A DNA stretch of 61,707 bases, filler included, from Choristocarpus tenellus KU-1152 (Eukaryota > Protista > Phaeophyceae): the NCBI GenBank assembly GCA_964200185.2. It is 8 parts of 8 records of this genome, joined end to end, with 100 filler letters (N's around TTAATTAATTAA, not from the genome) between each part and the next. Parts side by side here need not be neighbours in the genome. Positions count along the whole stretch, not along the records: positions 1 to 15,033 come from CAXNAD020001072.1; 7 more parts are not named here. One strand, 5' to 3'. Below, piece by piece: positions 1 through 13,842 of the stretch. A program made the translations under genes and the position numbers. The notes under the pieces were generated by a model. The model saw only the letters and a program-made list of their open reading frames with translations. It did no database searches and was not told the origin of the DNA. Every line of letters starts with the position of its first letter. The stretch's first letter is position 1.

Positions 1-82
1 AATTTAAATGTCCTTTTCCTGTTTTTGTTCCAAATGGACCCCCCCTGGGGTAGCCCCCCCCCCCCCCCAGGTACTTTGGGTC
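1..82 (+). mobile_element. MITE family B (poly-G TIR), right end
   Basis: CCAAATGGAC...poly-C AGGTACTTTGGGTC, which is the inverse of the GGCTCAAAGTATCT-polyG terminus seen elsewhere. Confidence 0.7.
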
Positions 83-109
83 AAAGTTAGACCGCTAACA
101 TTTGCAAGG

Positions 110-3100
110 GAGATATATCGTTTGGGCAGAGGGGACGACAGGAGTATCCAGGAGGTGTTGGAACAGTTGGTTACACACGGACCCACTGCTAGGAAGGAGG
201 ATGTGAGGTAGTGAAAGGCGGAAGGAAGCAAAGGAAGGAGACTCACAGAAAGAACTGCCTCTGCAGAGGAGAAATGAGAGGAGGACTCCATAGAGACTCC
301 TACGTCCTTGACATGGTTGACATGGTTGGTCTTTTCCTCATCCTCTCGTTCCTGCTCCTGCTTGTCGCAGGCACCCCCAGAAACAAAAGCGAGAAGCTAA
401 GGGGACATTCTACTAGGCAAGCCAACAGCACAAAAAACACGTCATTATTATTTTTTTTGTTCGTGTGTGGAAAATTCCTGGATCGATTGCGTGTTGTTGA
501 TAGTTATGGACATAATGACGCAACACGAGTGACAATACACATGGCAACAAGATTGGCAGGGTAGGATGCGTCCTGATTGGCTCAACATGGCATACAACTC
601 GCTGAGTAAAAGTGACTCTGTTTAAATCAACCAATCTCCTCTATTGGTCCAATTGTGGCTTCTCATACAACAGTACTATATTTTGCATTATGCAGTAATC
701 CTGAGTGAAAGGGCTCTATTTAATCCAACCATTCAAATCTCCTCTATTGGTCCAATTGTGGCTTTTCATACAACAGAATTGTATGTTATGTTATTCAGTG
801 ATCCTTATTTAATCCAACCATTCAATCCCCTCTGTTGACCCAATTGTGGCTTTTCATACAACAGTATTGTATGTTACGTTATGCAGTAATCCTTTGTTCA
901 TTTTTCTGGTTCCTTTGAAAGAACAGGAATGGTAATTGGATTGTATGCGCATCATCAAACCACTCCACGCTCATTCTTTGACCAATCGACTTCAGGAATT
1001 CATGAACCCTTTTTGTCTTTTGTTCTTGAAATAACCTTCACACCACCTTCTGCTTCATATAAAATCTAGGGATATTTGTAAAAATAAAAAAGTATGTAAA
1101 TATTGAAAACGTCAGTTGGGCATTTAAAACAGCATCATCCCCACCGCCACTCCCATCGATCGGTCAAAAATGTTCTGATATATAGATATAGATATAGATA
1201 TTTCTGATGGCAACAAATTGCTGACACCCAAAATACTCATCAGTAGAGTAACGTTATGATACGAACTCAGATTTAAACTAAAAGTTTGGGCCTTCTGGGA
1301 CACAATCTGACATGTATTGTACCAATCTCACTGGCCTTAACATGTAAGCCAAATCAAGAAGTAGGCTATGCAAACACCCGATTGGACTAATCTTGGCATG
1401 ACCCTGAGTGTTTTGATTTCTATTTTCTTGGCCTCCATGTTAGAACAATGTTGTTACACTCTATTTTTCTCATCTGAGAGGCAAGTGTCGCCTTCCATAT
1501 CCGAGGTCTATTGTTGCGGACTTTCCGAACTGCCGCTGCTACAACACCTGTTGAACTCCTTGAATGCCACCCCACTATATGGTACCAATCTGCTGTTTGT
1601 TTGAGACACACTTGAGTCATGCCAGCATGGATTAAAGATGAAGAAGTTGCTTGAGAGGAGGGTCACATTCTAGCTCGTGGAAATCATCGTGACATCATAC
1701 ACAAATCACACAGGCCGTATGTTGTCTACAAGCTCGTAGGATAATGTGCAAGGAAAATAAAAAAGAGTTATTGTTGAAAAATAACCTCAATGCGCCGCTT
1801 GATTTCCTTAGAGGTCCTGAGCATGTTGGAGGTGTTGGGTCGGCGTTTGGACACCTCTCTAACCTTCCTCTCTTCCCACGCTTCAGTAGTAGCCTGGACT
1901 TTGGTAGAGGGGGGGAAGAAAGTGGAGCACAAAAGCAGTTTAAGGGTCTTACAGTGTACAAGAAGGTCAAAGGATGCGCCATATCCCATATCCACCTGTC
2001 TGGCAAGCAAGGCTCACGGCCACTTGCTTATTGGCTTAAGTTTTTTTGGTCAGATGCAGAAAGGATCGCAGCATAATAATAAGAGCTAAACATTGTTCCC
2101 CTGACCAGGTACATCCACTGAGGTACGGTACAAGGGTGCCCTTCACACAAGGGCCATCATAAGTGAAAGATGGGGAAAACGAGGACATTTCGTTCGACCT
2201 GCCCCTAAAAGGCAAACCAGGGAGATCTCCTTGATGTGAAGTTTCGTAGGACATACACGTGATTCATTGTGGCAATACCTGTACACGTGCTCTCCTGGCA
2301 TCTCTAATTACTAGCGCTACCCTTCTCCGCTGCTCACAGTCTAGGATATCCTATGGGAGAGTTGGTGGTGGCCAAGGAGAAAGGGAAGGCACAAAATTAC
2401 AAGTGGCAAAGGAAAAAAAAAAAATGTATTGGGCACTCACTGTAGTGTACATGGCGATTTAGGGCCTCTAAAGCAATCAATGTCTACTGCTGACGGAGAT
2501 GAAACCTAGCTTATACATGCAGGGTTTCAAGTGCTTAGAAGAACGATCCATGGACCCTGGATTGGACGATACTGTGTCACTCTTGGCCAAATAATCCGGA
2601 GACCCAAATTATCTTTGAGGGTAGAGCTGCATCCATTTGGGGGCCAAAGTCCAATGTTGAAATTTTGATGTCATTTTGACTATCGTGTTTGTTAGGAAGT
2701 GTCAATATCCTCGTTCCGGACACACCCTTTCATAACATATACATTTTACCTACTCCGAAATGTTTTGGAGTAGTAAAATGTCACAAAAAACCCCAAGGGA
2801 AGCCAAGCTCCAAATGGGCAAACAGGGTAAAACTCGTACCCTCTAAGATACTTTCACTCCAGAGTAATACCTGAACTATACCTGCAAAGAATGCCTTCTG
2901 AGGACTAGAAAAAAACATTGGACAGTGTCTCCTCAAGTCATACAACAAGAGACACAGTTGTTGAGGACAATATACAATATTGCAGGCAATTGCTCTGTGT
3001 GGAATGCTCACAATCACCAGATAATGGACCTCTGATTTGGTCATTTTCATTCCTAGTGGTTTACACTAAGCAGGTCGTTTTGACCTACAGAATATATAAC

Positions 3101-5033
3101 CAGTTCCAATCATGTGTGTAGAGGAGGCTCTACCCAAGGGACTCTGTCATGCTATTGATATATCTCAACTCATACTCAAACGTCGTAACACATGGTTAGA
3201 GATCCATTGTATATCCATCTATCCCTCTGGCCATTAGTGTCTGCCTACTCTGTTGAGCGCCAAGGCTGTTAGAATTATCCTGTGAAGGCCTATTATTTCA
3301 GGTCTGAAACGAATATCAAGGTTAAAGCACGCCACTCTGGCTTACCCTAGGGTGGTACAAAATTGCTTCAGTTGTGCAAACGTCTGCCTAGTGGAGATTA
3401 TTGAAGTGCCTTGATGAATTCTTAAATTGTGTGTGCAGCAGGGAAAGAACTATGCGTTTAGGATATTTTCCGAATTGTCTCGAAAGGTTTCAAACAATAG
3501 GGAATTCAATCCTCTAAAGTCAAACTTAGGACTTATCCATAGAAATATGGGTGAGTTGCAAAAGATTGAAAAGCTGGTTTATTACGAAAACGGCCAAAAA
3601 CTGGGTACCTCTCGTTTAGTTTGGTTGGAGCAATTTGTTTGTCACCCTTGTCCATGTACCTTGACTGTGTCGACATCATCATTGAGCAAGGCATGATGTA
3701 GGAGTGTGTTTCCGCTGCTGTCCTTAGTAGTCAGCGTCACCACCCCTAGATCTTTAGGGAGCCATATGCAGTATGAACAAGGTAAAAAAGGTTGGAATTT
3801 GAGTAAATTGCAGTACTATGGTAGTGTCAACTTGAGCTGGGACCTCTTGAAAGACTAATGTCGGACGAAGTGTCTCTACTGCGGATAATGCAGGGACAAA
3901 ACAGCGATGGTGTAAACAGCAGCCGACTCATTTCAAGCTGTCGCGAGCGGCATCTCCCATGTATTTCAAGGCGCTATACTTGTGTTTCCCTGTGCAGCAA
4001 TGTTGTGTAGGGGTAATGCCCAGGAGTACGTATGTGCTGCGTTCAATTTAAATCACAAGGACTTTTGACAGTCATGTCACAAGATGCTATCTTCTCTAGT
4101 ATTTACCCCTCGCCCTGTCCTCTGTTACAGGAATAAGACAAGCTCTTTGTGGTAGGCCCATCGCTAAATCCTTCCATCCACACAGTCAAGTCTCACCTCT
4201 GAGCGTTGATTGCTTCGCTCTCAACCTGAACTCTCCGTTTGAACTTATCCCATATGCTGTGTTCGTCAACACAAGAGCTGAACGTGGTAATTCCTCACAA
4301 TGCTCGCGATAACTCGCACGATGAATGGTTTCGTATAGGTGAGGTTGAAGTTTTGAGGTTGCTGTTGTCCGCCTCGAAGAATTGATGAACTGATCTACGG
4401 CTATCCTAATCCATCGTGATCGAGGAGAGGAAAACAAATGGTAGTAAAAAGATTCATATGTGTGGGAGAAACCTTGAGCTCCATGGGTGATTTCAGTAGT
4501 TTTGCTTTGCAGAGTGACGGATTCGTAAAGAACGATAAATGACTATGCTCATACTTACGAAAGGTAGGTGTGAGATCCGGAGATAAATGGAAACAATTTT
4601 CGCAATCTGGGTGAAATGTGCTGGAGGAAAGGTCATGGAATGGAACAACTTATTCGGTGGGAAAGCTGTCGCCTTTTTTTGACAAGAAACGGTAGTATTA
4701 ATGTGGTTTATGAGTATTTAAGGAAAGCATTTCAATGTTTTGGGAATTTGACAAGACCAACGACTTTTCTTTGATGACTCCAAACGTCACGTCTTATACC
4801 TACCTGTATATATTCTCAGGAGATCGTGGAGAGTCTGGATCTACCAATCTATCTGTGTTTGTTTCTAGTCTTGTTAGGGGCTCATCCTCAACTCTGCTTT
4901 CTCCTTCGAGACAGGGTCTTTTCTCCTCTTCTTCGTCGTGTTCTACTGAATCAATACCCCTATGTACGCGATGCTGTAGGAGTTTAAATAAGGAAACCTT
5001 TTGAATGGTCTGGATAAATGGTTTACCAGTCAT
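110..5033 (-). CDS. Multi-exon gene, hypothetical protein with at least one ankyrin repeat (3' end uncertain or runs off window)
   Basis: First exon 5033-~4804 ends AG|gtaggt. Next exons ~4405-4197 and ~3988-3932. Exon ~3740-3659 reads LGVVTLTTKDSSGNTLLHHALLNDDVDTVK (ankyrin G-x-T-x-L-H-x-A) with ag/gt boundaries. Further coding-like segments at ~3350-3390, 2280-2350, 1785-1997, 900-1010 and 110-400 are not all phase-verified. Confidence 0.55.
621..893. repeat. Tandem repeat, about 3 copies of a ~87-104 bp unit
   Basis: Unit core AATCTCCTCTATTGGTCCAATTGTGGCTTTTCATACAACAG...ATGCAGTAATCCT recurs at ~633, ~737 and ~825. Confidence 0.9.
2601..2859 (+). mobile_element. MITE family A copy 1 (Sola-like non-autonomous DNA transposon)
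   Basis: Degenerate TIRs (GAGCC/GAGTG)AAAGTATCTTAGAGGG...CCCTCTAAGATACTTTCACTC. Flanks cgga/caga form a 4-bp TSD with one mismatch. Confidence 0.85.
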
Positions 5034-5331
5034 GGCAAGGAGATACTGTGGAAATTGAGGAAGGGGTGACTACACTCCACCTTCATCTGTGGAAGGAAAG
5101 GAGCAACCCAGAGTGTGGAGCGCTGGTTTATTTGATATTATGGTCGTGCTGTTCTTTCTTCACGGTTTCTCCAATCATGAATACGTACGCATGATGAGTG
5201 GAATCGTTCGGATCAATTCAAACATAATCTATTTTGTATCTTGACATTATTTTTATATATCTTATCCAACCAGCCGCAACCCCATTATGTTTATAACCAT
5301 CACTACTGAAAGTGACAAACTTTGCGTAGGT

Positions 5332-8300
5332 ATGTCCTCGGCTAAGGTCGAGGATCGTAGAAATGTCGAGGGTGGAATGGAATTGAAATTTCTTGCTGTA
5401 GCCGTGCCTATCATTATTGAACTAGTCTATTGGGCGTACCGTCCCCTCTTCCACGAAAGCGTCGAGGAGGATGTTGGAGGTGAGACAATACGTGCTTCCA
5501 ACACTAGATCCCTGTTCCACAATTTCAGATCCTCATGTTATTGCAGAATCATAGATTATGGACATTTCACGGAGAAATTGGTCCTAATGCAGCGTTCATT
5601 TCAAATGTGTCGCCACTCTCTGGTCAAGGTAGCTCAAATCAAGATCGAACACAACACCAACATCCTGTCCGCCCTGTCCAGATGACAACAACAAATTCCT
5701 TATGAGAACAAGACAGCGTATGCTCTGTAAGAATCGATCCCGCGAAATACGCATTTAATGTAAATAACCCATTATATAGAGTGGATTGAGAGGGTGCAAG
5801 AGATGGAAGATATAAGATATTGTCGGTTGTCAATGAAGGTAAAGTTGATGTCTCTTGCATGCTCAAATGTGTCAACTTGGAATTTACCCAACCCCTACCA
5901 CCCCACCCATTCATGCTTTCTTGACTCCTTTGGGTCTTATTGGCTTCTCCTCATCACCTATGCCAAGCGTGGACGTTCTTGGATAAACTAGACGACTGGC
6001 CAAACCTGCGATCTGAGTTCGCTCGGGGTGTATTCCGTCATCCATTGCGGGCTTTCACCTCCGACACACTTAACGTGTATGAGCCGGTGACTTGGATGGG
6101 ACGGGCAGTCGTGATCAGGGCTGCGGGGTTTTCCCTCGACGGCCCGCTGGAGGTCGAAGCTTCTCTCCTCCTTCGCCAGGTGCACATATCCTTTCGCGCT
6201 TGTGAGCTTCTTGCCTGTTGTGGCTCTTGGTGTTCAATTCAGTAACCTCCTCTCCTCCATGCATTTATGTCGAATGCTAAACCGTTTTCTTCTTTATCGT
6301 CGAAGGAGGGACGGGGGAAAGAGAACCTGCACACGTACAGTATTTTCGAACTAATGGTCAGGTTTATATTGTGCGCTTATTCGCACCTAAGGAATCGTGA
6401 ATCGATCCCCAAGAATTTACTTAAATCTCTGTGACTTACATACAACCACCCTCTCTGAGTACGTGAAATGAAGCCATCATTATCAGGCTTCCCTACCCCC
6501 CCCCTCCCACGGTTCAGCCTAACACCTACCAAGGTCCATAGAAATATCCCACATAGAGTGGGAGCAACAGCTGCCAACTAAGGACTCCCTCATGAGAAAC
6601 CTCGACGATTTGCTACCTATCTGGGTTGTTCATAGAATTGCCTACAATGTTCTGAATCATTTCTATATCAATCCCTTTTGAATTTGTTGCTGGTCGTCTA
6701 GGTGGCAGTAATGTTGCACTGCGCCAACTGCCTTCTAATATTTGGAGTGGCCATGTCGCTCATTGGTATGGGTATAGGGAGGAGGGCAATTAAAGTACGA
6801 GCGGAACAGCAACAGTGGGAAGGACTGGGGCGAACGGAGCAGGCTTGCTCAGCAATTTGCTGTCTCACAGCAGCTGTCCTCTTCGGTATGCACCCAATTC
6901 ACGCTGAGGTAAGTTCTTCCAAGTCGGTTGTCTTCCTCAGGGCAGCGCTTTGGTCGATCCGTACCTAGAGAAGAGGGGATAGGGATAGGGGAGTTGCAAT
7001 ATCCCTCCTTGAGCACCAAAACTATTAGAAAAACGTCTTCAAATTATACCCTACAGGGTTTTGAAATTTTACCTCGATCGACAACCTAGATTTATAACAA
7101 CACATTGGACTACCACACCACTCACATAACCCGGTACACATGTGGGTTCAAGGGTATGCACCTAAAAGGGTGTATGGCCACAATATGTCATTGGTCTTGG
7201 GGATGTTTCACTAGATTTACGTTAGTGGGACCTACACCCAAAATGTTGAATCAAGCAGTGGAACTCAGATGTCCCTATTGACTGGATAAAACTAGGATGG
7301 AAAAGGGGGGGGAGGGGAGAAGGCATTATCAAACTCCATCAAGATTCGGAATCCATCAAGATCCAAGGGCTCAGAGAAGTTTTATATAACTTGGACCTCT
7401 ACATAACACTCAGAAGGGAGGGGTTTTGGGCGTAGAAGATTGTGTTCTGAATTATTGTTTGCACAGATTTTGGAATTGGAAGGACGGGGTGTACCTCTTT
7501 CTGGTTTGTGTGTGTCTTACGATTCTGATTTTGATTAGGAGCAGATTTTTTGTTTGCCTTGATCCACTTGTGTGTTGGGTTTACATGTGGCCCAACACTT
7601 TGCAATGACACGGTCAAGCCCCTGGCTTTCACAGCATATTCAGGACCAAGTAAGACCCTGGGGTTGGCAAGTGGGAAGACCAGCTGAAATACCACTAGTG
7701 TGTGAGTTACACCTCCTCCCATCCAAATCCTCTACAATGGTCAAGGTGGTGCAATGGAATTTTTCCACCAAGTGTTTGATGACCATGCCGTACCCTTTTC
7801 TGACAGATGAATCTCCTTTTTTGCAGGTACAGTTGTGGAATTTGATTTGGCATCCGTACCATTTGTACCCTTTCACTTCCATTGCACATTCGTTATCCTC
7901 AGACTTGCTAGGCACTACTGCATGTTATTTCCTAATGAGGTGACCTGTTTCCCCCCTCTCCACCTTCAGTAGAACAAATCTAGCAAAGATGAATATGGAA
8001 TGTTATTAGTGTACTGCTGGATGACTACTACTCCATGAGATGTGCTAAGGATTGTTCATAATCATGAGCAAGCAACGTCTGGATGCACCCCTGCACCATC
8101 CTGCACCCCCACCCCGCCCTCTGCCACCCCCGCCACCCTCTGTCGCCCTATCCATTGCCATCTACCACTGTCCATTGTCCCATTACACAACATTGCAGGT
8201 GATTGGCTGGTGCTCTGCCCATGGCTATCTTTTTTCTCTCTTTTTTGCTCTGTGGTCCTTTCTATTCTACTTGAAGGCCATGGACTGTGCTCATGGCAGG

Positions 8301-11300
8301 TCACTACTCGTACCTTCCCCCACCTGTCCCCTCCTGCCTACACCAGCCCTCGCACCAGCCTCTTCAACGGACGAGAGCTGTGTCAGCCCAGGAGGAGGTC
8401 CCCAACAGCATCATTCATCACTCCCTTTCACCCACCTGGTCCAACACCCCCAATCTCTATCCGTTCCCCTGGTCCTGTCAGTCGTGTGCTATCTTCTATC
8501 AGTGCTGTCCAAGACAGTGGCCATTGCTTTCCCGGTGCTGCTAGTGCTTCTGGATCTTCGATTGCACAACAGTCTCAGTCGGCCACTATCAGTTCATCCT
8601 CAGGCTGAAGCTTACCAGAATGAACTCAAGGAGGACATCAATGAGATTGGGGCCACCAGGGACTGCGAACCACAGGGGGTGGTACAGTTCAATTCTGATT
8701 CTTCTTTGATCCCAACAGGTGGTGCAGGCAGGGAAAGGCCTAGGGGCCGGGGGTACTGGGGGAGGTTTTGTGTAGCAAGATTGAGATACGTGTGGGGGAA
8801 GGCAGGATTCTTCTTGGTGATGTTGGGGGTGGCGGCTGTGGCTATGAGAGCGAACCGTGGAGAGATCAGTGGTATTGGTGGAGGACCAGCTGACCTGGAA
8901 GAGGTGAGGAGAAGAGATAAGAATTAGGTCCATTGTATGAATGACAAAGGTTGACTAGGAGATACTTTAGCTTAGCCCTTTGTTTTGGTGGTGACCACCG
9001 TGGGCAGATGTAAGCACATTTCCATGTTGTTCTCCAGGTTGTGTGAAACTTCTTGTTTTCTATAATGTCTTCGTCCCCCTCAGTAGGAACTAGATGGAAA
9101 AAACACTAGGTAAGTCTTCTTAGCTGGAAGCTTTGATTGAATGAAAGTATCTTAGAGGGTATGAGTTTTTCCCTGTTTGTCCATTTGGGGCTTGGCTTCC
9201 CATGGGTTTTATTAATGATATTCTTCCTACTCCGAAATGTTTTGGAGTAGGTAAAATGTATACATTTTGAAAAGGTGTGTCCGGAACAAGGATATCGACA
9301 CTTCCTAACAAACACAATAGCCAAAATTACATCAAAATCGAAACATTCGATTTTGGCCCCCAAATGGACGTGACTCTACCCTCTAAGATACTTTGACTTG
9401 TTTTTCAAGCAATGAATTGACTTGTTTCCCCGGCAGGATGTCTTCTGCTTCTGTCCAGAAGCAGTTCCCTCCTCCCTAAACCTAATCCCCAAACCATCTC
9501 TACCTCTCTCTGGACACTTGCTGTCCCAGGGATCCCTGGTCATTCCTCCCCTGCACTACCTGCTTTTGTCTATCTCGCCCGTCTCCCTATCAGTCATAAA
9601 CCACCCCCTCCATCTCCCCCCCCCCCAACACTCTCCCCTTTGTTCCGGTCTCAGGTTCTATTTCTTACTCCAGGTCAGTCTCTCCAGAAGGTGCCCCTCA
9701 CAGCTGTGTTCCTTCTGCGCTGTGTGTTCTGGCCTGTTGGCCTTCGTTGGCATTACCGCCTCACACCTGCGAAAACATTTCTCACCCAACAGTATATAAT
9801 AGAGGAGAGGGACTGGGGAGCAGAACTGGGAAAGCCTAAGCACCGGTGCAGTTCAGTCTCTGGGGGTTTTGCCTCTCATCAATGTTTCCTTGGAGGCCTT
9901 CTACTCTGGGGATATGGGTGGCCTGGCTCTGCAGAGGGTGCAGAGGCTATGCTGTCCGTAGCATGGGTTACCTCCCTTACCTTGTGTTCTGTTGTGGTGT
10001 TGGCACTGCAGAAGCTAGGAGATGGGGTTTGGCTGGTGTGGGTGGGGTACTTGGCAATGGTAATCCCCAGCAGCGGGCTAGTTTTCCACAGGGTTATCCA
10101 AAAAGGTGGAGACCGGTGAGAGAACTGTTCAAGTCAATCTCAAGTCCCTTTACTTAGCTCTCGTTGATCTCTCAGAATATTTACTTTTTTTAATTCAGCA
10201 AACAGCGCTGATGTAGGAGTGCGACCACTCACTCGTATGCTATTCCTTTTGTTTTCTTGCGAGTTTGACTTGAGTTGAAAAGTACGTATATTATTTGCCT
10301 TCCCCCCTGCCCCAGTCCGGTCCAGGCCCCTGAACTAGGTTATCTCCACATCACTGACTTCCTTGCCTTTCCAACTTTTTCACCCCCCTGCATTGTACTG
10401 TAAGATGGGGGGAAATATCTAGAGTCTCTTTGCCATGCCAAATGGATGGGTAGGATGGATAGAAATGCCCAGTCAATGCGCTGGTTTTAGGTGTGAAGGT
10501 ACTATTAGAAATATACAACACAAATGTTGAAACAAAACTTCATGTAACCTCCTGCTCCCCACACATCCCCCTCCCCACCCAATACCACTACATGACAAGG
10601 TACGCTTACATACCTTCCTCAGTGATCTTTATTGCATTTGCTCCTTGGCTGTTCAACCACATAAGGGGATGGCAAGGGTTCATTAGACAGGGTTCAACTG
10701 GTAACCAAAGAAGGCATCGGGTGACTGCTAAGGTGATGGCAGTGGTGCTTGCGGGCACCATTGCTTGTGTTTTGTGGGGACTAGGCAAAGCTTGTCAGGA
10801 GCAGGTATGGAGGGGGAGAGGAGAGTTAACTGATTATGCAGGATGGAGTTTGAGATGAGAAGAGGCAGTTGCCTGCTTAGGTCTGCTAGTACAGTATTAG
10901 GGAGTTGGAAGGTGGTGGCTTGTTTAGGGAAACGTTTCACTGTTGTTAGACTATGGTTGGGGTTCATGCATGAATCATTGAAATGTGACTTTAAGATTCA
11001 CTATCTTTAACTACATTAGGTCCCACATTCTCAGTCTTTCACAAGGGTTTGGGGAGCCAAAGTATGTTAGAGGGTAGGGCTGCATCCATTTTGGTACCAA
11101 AATCAAATGTTGCGATTTTGATGTAATATTAGCTATCGTGTTTGTTAGGAAGTGTCAATATCCGTGTTCCAGACACACCATTTCATAAAGTATACATTTT
11201 ACCTACTCCAAAACATTTTGGAGTAGGAGAATAGCATTAAAGAACCCATGGGAAGCCAAGTCCCAAATGGACAAACAGGGCAAAACTCGTACCCTCTAAG

Positions 11301-13842
11301 ATAATTTCACTCTGGGATAACGTAAGTGTAGGATATTTGCGGACTGTAGTTGCATATGCCTGTGTGTGACTGCTTGGAAGTCTATGGTGAAATACTCCAT
11401 AGAGATAGAAATGTGACCCTCGGGAAGGGATGCGCTTTTGGTTCAAATCTGAGGTGGTACAGGAACTATTTTAATATCACACACTGCAACGATTTAGAGA
11501 GAAGATCTTGCTACGGGAGTCCTGAACAGGATTGTGTTGTTTTTAGGTGAGTGAGACTGCTGTTTTTTGTCTGTGCTGAATGGGGGAAAGTAGGAGATAA
11601 TATCGAGAGACTAAGTGGCATAGTGGAAGTGTAGGGCAGAGGGAGAGTGTACTATCTGCGTGCTCATCTTTGGACTACAGGATGGTAATAGGCAAGGTCA
11701 CTAGTAGAACTAGAAATATGTTCTGGCATGGGTGTGTCAGTTGGTCTAGCAATAGAGAGGTAGGCGGTGTGGGTGAAATTGTAGGGTCAGCGGCGAAGGG
11801 GACACCAAAAATAATATACTACAAAGCACTATATCATCATATATTTTTTCTATTACAAAGTAAACTATTATGTTTAAATGTGATAATAGTAGTGTTATAG
11901 AAGATACTCGGATATGAAGAGAGTCTCTCTGAGAAAGTAGGAAGATGACCCACCAGTGTTGGAGAAAGGTAGAAGGGAGTGGAGCATCCTCATGTTGTAA
12001 AAGGTTTCTGTTGGGACTCCATCAAACGTTAGTGCCTCTGAAGAAAAGCAAATTACAAGTACGACTACCAGCCCCCACAAGGCAGGCTGAAACACATCAT
12101 CTTACTTGTACTTCTTGCACTTGCTTCACCCACCCCTACAGGTGACCACATGGCGGAGCGAGGAGACTGTGTATAGAAGAGGGTTAGAGATGGATGCGCA
12201 GGTTAGACAAAGAAGGTTTAGTCCTCATTAGACTACATTGATATTTCTTGCTCCACCTAGTTTTTTATTTTGCAGCAGTAGTAGCAGTAGTATGGGACTT
12301 TTTTCTCTTGTTGGAATGGATGACTACAATTGTGGGGGGAGGGGGGAGGGCAGGGGGGAGACTGAGGGGAGGGGATTGATTTCTTGGTCCCTCTAGGTGC
12401 TCCTCGTGAAAAAGAGCATGTAGTAGTAGTAGTAATGAGTTTTTTATTGTACTGTCAGAGAAAGGGTTACTATTATAGTCAGTTTAAATAAAATCTACGA
12501 GAGATTAGAGGGAGGAGCTGTACGTACATTGCATTTGTGCTTATGTTTCCGTTCTACTTTTCCTGTGAAGCTGTGATGACACACAGACAGACAGGAAGAC
12601 AGGCAGACAGACACAGCTGTACTTCTCCTCAATGAATGAATGAACCAATTTTGAATAATGCAGGATTGGAGGACAGCTGAACTGTACGGTGAATGGCTCT
12701 ATCGCTATCCTAAGCGAGTGTCACAGGCAAGGGAGGTGATACGTGCAGCTGCAACCTATGCCCCTACATCCTTTGCCAAGGGACAGCTCTTGTTAGTAAA
12801 AAATCTCAAGCTACTTGGGGAGGAATCTGCCGTTTGTGAGGTGAGGGAGTTAGCTTGTGGATGAAACCCGATTCCTCTTGTTTTCCAACATTTTTTTCGG
12901 AAGATAGTAGTATACAAGGCATGAGGTACCTTTCACCACCAAATCTGTATATACTTCAAGTTGAAGTACATACACATCAAAGGCTGATAAACACCAGAAC
13001 TTGAGGATACTGTTTGTTGTGGAGGAGCACCCTTGGGCCAACAACCTCTCAGTAGCACTATCTTTTTTTTTGGTGTGAAAGAGGTTAATACACTGTAACA
13101 CACACTCTTACATAGAAACACATAACATACTTTGTCCTGTAGTATGTATACAGTAGCACAGAGGTGCAACAGATATGGGTTCTATTTGAGTTTTACGACC
13201 TGTTGTGCCTTTATTCAAACTCGTTATGCCCCCCCCTCCCTCCCCCCAAAGCCCCCACCTCACCCCCCCCCCTCCCTTCCATCTTTCTTTTTTGCGGGTT
13301 CTGGAAGGGTGGCAAGGTTTCCTCAACATCCATATCTCCTCAACAACTGGGCACTATGCCTGACTGTCGGGGGACATGACGATGCTAGGTAGGAACTGAG
13401 GACAGGAAGGGCGTGTATATTGTTTTGAACGAGAATTGAATAGAGATAAAGGTCAGAGTGAATTCATATGAAGCAGATCAATAAACTTGTCTTGTTTCTT
13501 TCTAGTTCTCAGGCACGAAGTCCAATCCGGGAAAATCATCCCCTGTTAATCTGGGTCTCCTAGAATGGGCCCTTCATGGGTTATCCTTGTTAGGCAGAAC
13601 TTCTGGAATAATGGTTAATTTCCTGAATTATGTTATTGATAACCCACATGACCAGTCCACCTCTATCTTTCCCTCTATGCTGAAGACGCCTGTCATTGGA
13701 GGCCATTGAAGAGGCATTATTGGTGGCAAGAAGCATAGGTGTGAGGAACGATGTTCTGAGGGACTTGGAAAGCAACAGGAGAATACTGAATGACTGGAGT
13801 GGCCTTGAGGGGGAGGTGGGCGGGCTAGTTCTTCTGTACTGA
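5332..13842 (+). CDS. TMTC-like multi-pass membrane protein O-mannosyltransferase with C-terminal TPR-like region, spliced
   Basis: Exons ~5332(or 5287)-5479, 5968-6179 (LDDWPNL...NVYEPVTW), 6702-6908 (LHCANCLL...LFGMHPIHAE), 8199-8903 (VIGWCSA...LSKTVAIAFPVLL), ~9688-10115 (FWPVGLRWHY...GGDR), 10600-10804 (YAYIPS), 12142-12201 (TWRSEETVYRRGL), 12664-12840, ~13308-13388, 13686-13842 (TGA). The DD, HPxHxE, SK, WPxxL and DRYxYxPS motifs match the TMTC/DUF1736 GT-C family. Confidence 0.85.
9139..9399 (-). mobile_element. MITE family A copy 2 (intronic)
   Basis: Reverse-orientation copy, GAATGAAAGTATCTTAGAGGG...CCCTCTAAGATACTTTGACTT. Flanks gatt/gttt. Confidence 0.9.
11054..11312 (+). mobile_element. 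MITE family A copy 3 (intronic)
   Basis: GAGCCAAAGTATGTTAGAGGG...CCCTCTAAGATAATTTCACTC with a perfect 4-bp TSD TGGG/TGGG. Confidence 0.92.

Noticed and set aside
621-893. Three spaced repeats resembling a CRISPR array
   Set aside because: The intervening sequences are themselves homologous, so this is a tandem repeat. There are no cas genes and the context is eukaryotic.
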